From positions 28,263 to 60,262 of the forward strand of contig JAIPHU010000006.1 in assembly GCA_021735045.1 (NCBI GenBank): DNA of 32,000 nt. The letters are read 5' to 3'. Position 1 is the first letter of the stretch; each line of letters opens with the position of its first letter. Both the position numbers and the translations under genes were made by a program. Below the pieces are notes generated by a model that worked only from the letters and a program-made list of their open reading frames with translations, made no database searches and was not told the DNA's origin. Below are positions 26,880 through 32,000 of this stretch, piece after piece. Origin of the DNA: Candidatus Omnitrophota bacterium (GTDB lineage: Bacteria; Omnitrophota; Gorgyraeia; Duberdicusellales; 4484-171).

Positions 26880-27179
26880 ATGGAAGTTGAATTAAAAGAC
26901 TATCAAAAGCACCTGGAAGAAAAGGAAAAAGAGTGGGAAAGTTTTTGCCTTCGTTGCGGAGCTTGTTGTGGAGCTTATGATGATCCTTGTACCCATTTGC
27001 AAAAAGACCAGACGGGTAAGTTCTACTGCGATATTTATCCTGATAGGTTTGGAGTTAGAAAAACTGTAAGCGGCCACCTTTTTAAATGCGTTTCCATAAA
27101 AAAAATGCTCCAGACCCATTGGAAGGGGGATCATCTTTGTCCTTACAAAAAACTGCAAAAAAATTGTCTGGGAATTTAA
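26880..27179 (+). CDS. YkgJ-family (UPF0153) cysteine-cluster protein
   Basis: CLRCGACCG (the CxxCxxCC signature) plus further Cys/His downstream. The start is uncertain: ATG 26880 is preferred because the longer TTG-started version at 26814 is encoded by the TTGT-rich repeat arm. No clear RBS for either. Confidence 0.6.
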   Translation: MEVELKDYQKHLEEKEKEWESFCLRCGACCGAYDDPCTHLQKDQTGKFYCDIYPDRFGVRKTVSGHLFKCVSIKKMLQTHWKGDHLCPYKKLQKNCLGI

Positions 27180-27180
27180 A

Positions 27181-28341
27181 ATGAAAAAAGTTAAAGGAAT
27201 AAATCTAGGCAGCTGGCTTCTTATGGAAGGTTATATTCTTGGTGGCCCAAATATAGCTGAAACCAAGATAAAAGAAGAGTTTGAGAAAACACACGGAAAA
27301 ACCGAGCTTAAAAAATTTGCCAAAGCTTTTCGAAAAAATTTTATCCAAAAAGAAGATTTTAAAAATATCGCTAAAACCAAAGCAAAATATATAAGAGTTC
27401 CTTTTAATCAAAAGTTGATCGAAGAAAAACCGTACTCTTATTCAAAAAGCGGTACGAAATTCATAAAAGACGCCCTAGACTGGGCGGCTGAATTTAACTT
27501 AAAAGTAATTCTAGACCTTCATGCCGCTTCTGGTTCACAAAATTGTGATTGGCATGGTGATTCAATAGGTTCGGCAAAATTCTGGCAAAAAAAAAGGTAT
27601 AGAGATAGAGCGGTCAAACTTTGGAGTTATCTATCTAGTAAATTTAAGGATCATCCTGGTTTAGGCGGATATGACTTACTTAATGAACCAGTTACCGAGA
27701 GAAAAAATATAAATTTAATTAAAGATTATTATAAAAAAACAATAACTGTAATTAAAAACTCTGATAAAAAAAATCCTATTTTTTTAGAAGGTAACTGTTG
27801 GGCTCAACAGATTAATTTTTTAGCTGATCTAATTTCTGACAATATAAAAATTAGTATTCATGCTTACCTGCCCCTCTCCTATACCTACGATTTTATAAAA
27901 AGATTAAAATATCCAGGAAAAATTGAAGGGCAAAAATGGAACAAGTCAAAAATATACAAATATATGAAACCTTACTCTGATTTTGCTAAAAAAAATAATG
28001 TTGACATCTTAGTCGGTGAGTTCGGCATAAATTGGCGGGGTGGTTTTTGGGGAGAAAAACAATATCTTGATGACCTTCTTTCAGTTTTTGATGATTATGG
28101 ATTCGGCTACACCTATTGGACATATAAAGCAATAGCAAACCCTTGCTTCCCTGATGGCCTATTCCAATATCTGGGTAACAACCACTACGTAAAAAGAGAA
28201 GGGCCTACTTATGGCTGGCAAAACTATTCTTTATATTGGAAAAAAGAAAAAGAAAAGATTAAAGACTTTTGGCAGACAAAAAATTTTACGCCAAACAAAA
28301 ATTTGATAAATATTTTAAAGAAACACTTCGTTAACTCTTAA
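27181..28341 (+). CDS. Glycoside hydrolase family 5 protein, no signal peptide evident
   Basis: 386 aa. GINLGSWL first barrel strand at residue 6, acid/base YDLLNEP, nucleophile VGEFG. The start lies 1 nt after the upstream stop. Confidence 0.8.
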   Translation: MKKVKGINLGSWLLMEGYILGGPNIAETKIKEEFEKTHGKTELKKFAKAFRKNFIQKEDFKNIAKTKAKYIRVPFNQKLIEEKPYSYSKSGTKFIKDALDWAAEFNLKVILDLHAASGSQNCDWHGDSIGSAKFWQKKRYRDRAVKLWSYLSSKFKDHPGLGGYDLLNEPVTERKNINLIKDYYKKTITVIKNSDKKNPIFLEGNCWAQQINFLADLISDNIKISIHAYLPLSYTYDFIKRLKYPGKIEGQKWNKSKIYKYMKPYSDFAKKNNVDILVGEFGINWRGGFWGEKQYLDDLLSVFDDYGFGYTYWTYKAIANPCFPDGLFQYLGNNHYVKREGPTYGWQNYSLYWKKEKEKIKDFWQTKNFTPNKNLINILKKHFVNS

Positions 28342-28353
28342 CATTTCGTTCAA

Positions 28354-28381
28354 CGTAGAACGTAGAACATAGAACGTAGAA
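28354..28381 (+). repeat. Heptanucleotide tandem repeat (CGTAGAA x4, one copy CATAGAA)
   Basis: CGTAGAA at 28354, 28361 and 28375, and CATAGAA at 28368. A related CGTTCAA lies at 28347. The array ends 8 nt before the ATG at 28390. Confidence 0.85.
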
Positions 28382-28389
28382 CAAAAATT

Positions 28390-29007
28390 ATGATTGTACC
28401 TGCTTTACTGAGCCAAGATAAAGAAAAAATGCAAGAGATGATTGATACCTGCTCTAATTTTGCTAAACTAGTCCAAATAGATATTATGGACGGACAATTC
28501 GTTCCTTCAAAAAGTATAACCAAAGAAGAGCTAGGTAAACTTTGCACCAATATCTCTAATGAGCTTCACCTTATGGTCGAAAATCCCTTTGCCTGGATAA
28601 AACCTGCTTGTAAGCTTGGTTCAAAACGAATAATCTTTCATCTAGAAACAAAAATAAACCATAAACAACTCATAAAAGAAATTAAAAAAAATAATATGGA
28701 GGCAGGAGTATCTTTAAATCCAGAGACAAAAATCAAAGATCTTAAACCGTTAGTCGACAGTATTGACCTGGTTTTATTTATGGCCGTCAACCCAGGTTTT
28801 TACGGTGCACCTTTTATTCCTAAAGTTTTAGACAAAATTAAAAAATTTAATGGAATCTGGCCTGACAAAAAAACAGCCATCGATGGAGGAGTAAAGGAAA
28901 ATAACTTTATTCAGATAAAAAACGTCAATTTAGATTATATCTGTATTGGTAGTGCAATTCTTAAAGCAGAAAATCCAGAACAAGCTTTTTTAAATTTTAG
29001 CCGCTAA
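28390..29007 (+). CDS. Ribulose-phosphate 3-epimerase family protein (divergent)
   Basis: 205 aa with QIDIMDGQFVP (Rpe has H.D.MDG.FVPN), LHLMV, AVNPGFYG and IDGGV. Confidence 0.7.
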   Translation: MIVPALLSQDKEKMQEMIDTCSNFAKLVQIDIMDGQFVPSKSITKEELGKLCTNISNELHLMVENPFAWIKPACKLGSKRIIFHLETKINHKQLIKEIKKNNMEAGVSLNPETKIKDLKPLVDSIDLVLFMAVNPGFYGAPFIPKVLDKIKKFNGIWPDKKTAIDGGVKENNFIQIKNVNLDYICIGSAILKAENPEQAFLNFSR

Positions 29008-29790
29008 ATGTCTAAGAATTTAAAAATTATCTTTTTAATAACATTAATTGCTGTTTTAATAATTTCCTACTTTTCCCGTCAGAAAGCCTCACTAGATAAG
29101 CTTACTCCAAAAAGTCCAAACAAAAATACAAAGATTGCTTTAATTTTTGATGATTTAGGCCAAAGCTTAGAAAGCCTGCGCCAAATTTATAATTTGAAAA
29201 TACCAGTTACTGTGGCTGTGATACCTGAATTAAAATTTTCTAAAAATATCGCCCACATCGCAGCTCGTTCCGGGTTTTCAGTTTTAATCCATCTTCCTCT
29301 TGAACCAAAAAAGGCAAATTACTATTTAACGGATAAATATAAATTTATAAGCAGTGAATTATCAGAAAATCAAATTGACCGGCTTCTTTACAATTATCTT
29401 AATTCAATTAGAATTGCAATTGGGGTAAACAACCATATGGGTTCAAAAGCAACCCAAAACCCTAAACTAATGGACCAAGTCTTAGAAAGAATCAAACAAA
29501 AAAGATTAATTTTTATCGATAGTCAGACCACTCCAAAATCAGTAGCTTATAAAATTGCTAAAAGCAAAGGCATCGATACCGCCTACAATCAACTCTTCTT
29601 AGATGCAATTGATGATCCTGCAGAGATGAAAAAAAGAATCAATGATTTAATTGATAACAATAAAAGTAAAAAACTGATTATTATTGCTCATCCAAAAAAA
29701 AATACTTTTAAATTCTTAAAAAACAATCTGTCTCAACTTAAAAAAAGAGCAGATTTTATTACCCTAAAAGAATACTTTGCAAACCAGTAA
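29008..29790 (+). CDS. Divergent polysaccharide deacetylase family protein (YibQ-like), N-terminal anchor
   Basis: 260 aa with a TM helix, IALIFDDLGQ, HLPLEP and NNHMGS motifs. The start abuts the upstream stop. Confidence 0.7.
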   Translation: MSKNLKIIFLITLIAVLIISYFSRQKASLDKLTPKSPNKNTKIALIFDDLGQSLESLRQIYNLKIPVTVAVIPELKFSKNIAHIAARSGFSVLIHLPLEPKKANYYLTDKYKFISSELSENQIDRLLYNYLNSIRIAIGVNNHMGSKATQNPKLMDQVLERIKQKRLIFIDSQTTPKSVAYKIAKSKGIDTAYNQLFLDAIDDPAEMKKRINDLIDNNKSKKLIIIAHPKKNTFKFLKNNLSQLKKRADFITLKEYFANQ

Positions 29791-29806
29791 AAAATCATAA
29801 TCAGGA

Positions 29807-29831
29807 CTTGGAGAGGTTAAACCTCTCCAAG
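29807..29831 (+). promoter_or_regulatory. Perfect 11-bp stem-loop overlapping the probable queH Shine-Dalgarno
   Basis: CTTGGAGAGGT-taa-ACCTCTCCAAG. The 3' arm ends in the AAGG that lies 6 nt upstream of the queH ATG (29839). Confidence 0.4.
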
Positions 29832-29838
29832 GTAAAAA

Positions 29839-30396
29839 ATGCAAAAGAAACTATTACTCCATATTTGCTGTGGCGTTTGTGCCTGCCACGCAATAAAATT
29901 ATTAGAATCAGAAAGATATTCAGTTACCGGCTTTTTCTATAACCCCAATATTCATCCCTACAAAGAGTACCTGCGCCGAAAAAAAGAGACAGAAAAAATT
30001 GCAAAACTTTATAATATAAAAATCATAGAAGGAAATTATGAACTTAATAGGTGGAAAGATAGCTGCGATCAATTCAGGCAAGAAAAAGAAGGAGGAAAAC
30101 GCTGCAACCTTTGTTTTAAACTAAGGCTTGAAAAAACTTACCAATTAACTCAAGAAAATAATTTTGATTATTTTACCAGCACCCTAACTATCAGCCCTCA
30201 TAAAAATAGCCAAAAAATTTTTCAAATTGGCGAAAATATTGGCGGCAATCAATTTTTAAATATCGACTTTAAGAAAAAAGATGGCTTTAAAAAAACAATC
30301 GAGCAGGCAAAAAAACTTAATCTCTACCGCCAAAACTACTGCGGCTGTATTTATAGCCTAAGAGATAGAAAGAAGAAAATAGAAGGCAGAAGTTAG
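29839..30396 (+). CDS. queH: Epoxyqueuosine reductase QueH (DUF208)
   Basis: 185 aa with the Cys pattern HICCGVCA, CNLCF and YCGC. Confidence 0.8.
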   Translation: MQKKLLLHICCGVCACHAIKLLESERYSVTGFFYNPNIHPYKEYLRRKKETEKIAKLYNIKIIEGNYELNRWKDSCDQFRQEKEGGKRCNLCFKLRLEKTYQLTQENNFDYFTSTLTISPHKNSQKIFQIGENIGGNQFLNIDFKKKDGFKKTIEQAKKLNLYRQNYCGCIYSLRDRKKKIEGRS

Positions 30397-30463
30397 AGGT
30401 TAGAAAAAAGAAAACGATATCGACAAACGAAAGAAACAAATTTTTGAGCGCTTTATGATTTTA

Positions 30464-30531
30464 ACAGAAAAATGGCGTTAAAAAACCGCCGACTCCGAAG
30501 GCTAGGAGGTAATTTTTAGCCATTTTTCTGT
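30464..30531. repeat. Perfect 13-bp inverted repeat enclosing a 42-nt loop with an orphan AGGAGG
   Basis: ACAGAAAAATGGC (30464-30476) and GCCATTTTTCTGT (30519-30531). The loop contains GGCG/CGCC and CTCC/GGAG pairing options. Confidence 0.8.
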
Positions 30532-30616
30532 ATTCCCAGATGAAACGTTTAAGAAAAATCATACTGGCGTGAAAAAATTTTGTTTCTGGAGTTTTCCCAA
30601 ACATCACTTCTAAACC

Positions 30617-31528
30617 ATGCAAAAGCATTACTATTCCTACAACCAATACTTACGCAAGACCTTTGGGGTAAGAACACAGCGCCTCAGTCTTGATGCCGGT
30701 TTTAGCTGTCCCAATATCGATGGTACCTTAAGCAGCCAAGGTTGCACCTTCTGCAACAATAAAGCCTTCAGCCGCTATACAAGCCAAAAAAAACCAATTA
30801 AGCAGCAAATAGAAGAATCCATGCAATTTACCCGCAAACGCTACAAGGCCAAGAAGTTTATTGCTTACTTTCAAAGTTTTACCAATACTTATGCTGATCT
30901 TCAAACTTTGTGCCAAAAATACAACCAAATTAAAGGTTTTGAAGATATAGTGGGAATTTCGGTATCAACTCGCCCCGATTGCATCAACAAAGAGAAGTTA
31001 GATCTATTAGCTAAATTCAATAAAGATTACAAAGTCTATATAGAGTACGGCCTGCAATCTATTCATGATAAAACTTTAAAAAAAATAAATAGACAACATA
31101 ACTTCAAAACTTTTACAGATGCTCTAAAGTTAACCAAACAATATGAAAATATCTACCCGGCAGCCCATATCATTTTAGGCCTTCCCGGAGAAACTAAAAA
31201 AGATATGCTTACAACCGCTAAAACTTTAGCTAAAATGCCCTTATGGGGCCTAAAGATTCATTGCCTGCATGTTGTAAAAGATACAGCTTTAGAACAAGAA
31301 TACTATCAGAACCAGCTAAAACTACTTAGCCAGAAAGAATATCTGAATATATTAATCGATTTTTTAAAATTAATTCCCAAAGATTTTGTAATTCTGCGGC
31401 TTGTATCTGATGCAAATCCCAGTCAATTAATCGCCCCTAAATGGCTGAATCAGAAGAGCAAAGTATTACAAAAATTAGACAAAAGATTAGAAAAAGAAAA
31501 TATTTGGCAAGGAAAATTGGTTGGCTAA
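30617..31528 (+). CDS. TIGR01212-family radical SAM protein (YhcC-like)
   Basis: 303 aa with the family-typical N-terminus DAGFSCPNIDGTLSSQGCTFCNN. An in-frame TAA immediately upstream fixes the start. No obvious RBS. Confidence 0.8.
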   Translation: MQKHYYSYNQYLRKTFGVRTQRLSLDAGFSCPNIDGTLSSQGCTFCNNKAFSRYTSQKKPIKQQIEESMQFTRKRYKAKKFIAYFQSFTNTYADLQTLCQKYNQIKGFEDIVGISVSTRPDCINKEKLDLLAKFNKDYKVYIEYGLQSIHDKTLKKINRQHNFKTFTDALKLTKQYENIYPAAHIILGLPGETKKDMLTTAKTLAKMPLWGLKIHCLHVVKDTALEQEYYQNQLKLLSQKEYLNILIDFLKLIPKDFVILRLVSDANPSQLIAPKWLNQKSKVLQKLDKRLEKENIWQGKLVG

Positions 31529-31613
31529 TTATTACGAATTCTATGATGCAAATTCCGCCTATTTTTTACCCCTTTACTTATAGACGAAATAAATTGATGC
31601 TTTCTTTCAAAAA

Positions 31614-31644
31614 TTTACAAAAAATTAAAAAAACATGTTATAAT
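31614..31644 (+). promoter_or_regulatory. Candidate promoter with extended -10 (TGtTATAAT) and no obvious downstream gene
   Basis: TTTACA (31614-31619), a 19-nt spacer containing TG at 31636-31637, then TATAAT (31639-31644). A GAATCC/GGATTC hairpin follows at 31663-31684. Confidence 0.35.
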
Positions 31645-31744
31645 TTATTTAATAAAGGCAGAGAATCCCAGAAAATACGGATTCCAGATAAGAATTGTTA
31701 GAATTAAAAGAAAGAAAGAAAGAAATAAAAAAAATGAAAGCCTC

Positions 31745-31773
31745 TTGACATAACAACATAATTATGTTACATT
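31745..31773 (+). promoter_or_regulatory. Candidate promoter with an embedded palindromic operator for the RHH gene
   Basis: TTGACA (31745-31750), a 17-nt spacer, then TACATT (31768-31773). The perfect 14-nt palindrome AACATAATTATGTT (31755-31768) fills the spacer, with a GGAGGTG RBS downstream. Confidence 0.5.
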
Positions 31774-31792
31774 TTATTTGGAGGTGAAAAAA

Positions 31793-32000
31793 ATGAAAAG
31801 AACTACTGTTTATTTAGATGAAGCCCTACATCGTGCTCTTCAGCTAAAGGCTATTGAAAGTGATCATTCTGTTTCAGAATTAATAAATAATGCAATAAAG
31901 TTTTTACTTGCAGAGGATTCTTCAGATATTGAAGCTTATCGCAAGCGCAAAAATGAACCATCTATATCCTTTGAAAATGGTCTTAAAAAGCTGAAGGAAA
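31793..32000 (+). CDS. Ribbon-helix-helix (CopG/antitoxin-like) DNA-binding protein, 3'-truncated by the window edge
   Basis: MKRTTVYLDEALHRALQLKAIESDHSVSELINNAIKFLL fits the RHH beta-strand-helix-helix pattern. The ORF is still open at base 32000. Confidence 0.7.
   Translation, partial: MKRTTVYLDEALHRALQLKAIESDHSVSELINNAIKFLLAEDSSDIEAYRKRKNEPSISFENGLKKLKE

Noticed and set aside
29807-29838. A preQ1-I riboswitch upstream of queH (short hairpin followed by an A-rich tail and AAGG).
   Set aside because: The stem is perfectly paired down to a 3-nt loop. There is no room for the conserved loop nucleotides or the ligand pocket, and the tail lacks the consensus spacing. It is kept only as a generic SD-occluding hairpin.
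30470-30525. A fluoride (crcB-motif) riboswitch, because of GGCG...AACCGCC followed by a small hairpin.
   Set aside because: The conserved GAUGG loop and the separate AAC(C/U)GCC and GCUGAUGA elements are missing, since a single CCGCC would have to serve two roles. The downstream gene is not fluoride-related.
31441-31701. An 86-aa + strand ORF.
   Set aside because: Its first third overlaps the 3' end of the radical SAM gene in another frame. The rest is Lys/Ile/Asn-rich low complexity spanning a promoter-like sequence. No RBS.

Overview
This is an AT-rich, very gene-dense bacterial chromosomal segment. Every credible gene (about 35 CDS plus one tRNA) is on the + strand, and many have overlapping stop/start codons. 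TGA, TAA and TAG all act as stops, so the standard code applies. The content is mostly housekeeping from an LPS-making (diderm) bacterium, probably an uncultivated lineage. In order: pepP-efp-accB-accC; a phosphofructokinase; heptose genes gmhA/hldC (hldA lies 7 kb away); thiE/thiC; a colinear Kdo/LPS-transport block hldA-kdsB-kdsA-kdsD-kdsC-lptC/A-lptB; tig-clpP; a class V aminotransferase with serA; purA; a membrane pyrophosphatase; a YkgJ-type Cys-cluster protein; a GH5 hydrolase; an rpe-like gene; a yibQ-like gene; queH; a TIGR01212-type radical SAM gene; and the start of a ribbon-helix-helix antitoxin-like gene. I found no CRISPR array, transposase, integrase, phage gene or recognisable defence island, so I do not claim a new multi-gene system. 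What the gene list leaves unexplained is mostly non-coding: (1) a 717-nt gap (8254-8971) where one intact tRNA-Gly(CCC) sits among decayed copies of itself, plus a duplicated 74-nt two-hairpin element; (2) an ACAA-rich/TTGT-rich shuffled inverted repeat after the pyrophosphatase gene; (3) a CGTAGAA heptamer array abutting a start codon; (4) a 220-nt structured spacer with a perfect 13-bp inverted repeat between queH and the radical SAM gene. Protein-level oddities are a 520-aa orphan that looks like a catalytically dead archaeal-type ATPase/wHTH/DUF234 protein, a trigger factor without its PPIase domain, an apparent LptC-LptA fusion, an Arg-tipped EF-P in a non-EarP loop context, and a thiE whose N-terminal extension domain lies in a separate overlapping frame. 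All functional calls rest on motif recognition by eye; no searches were run.
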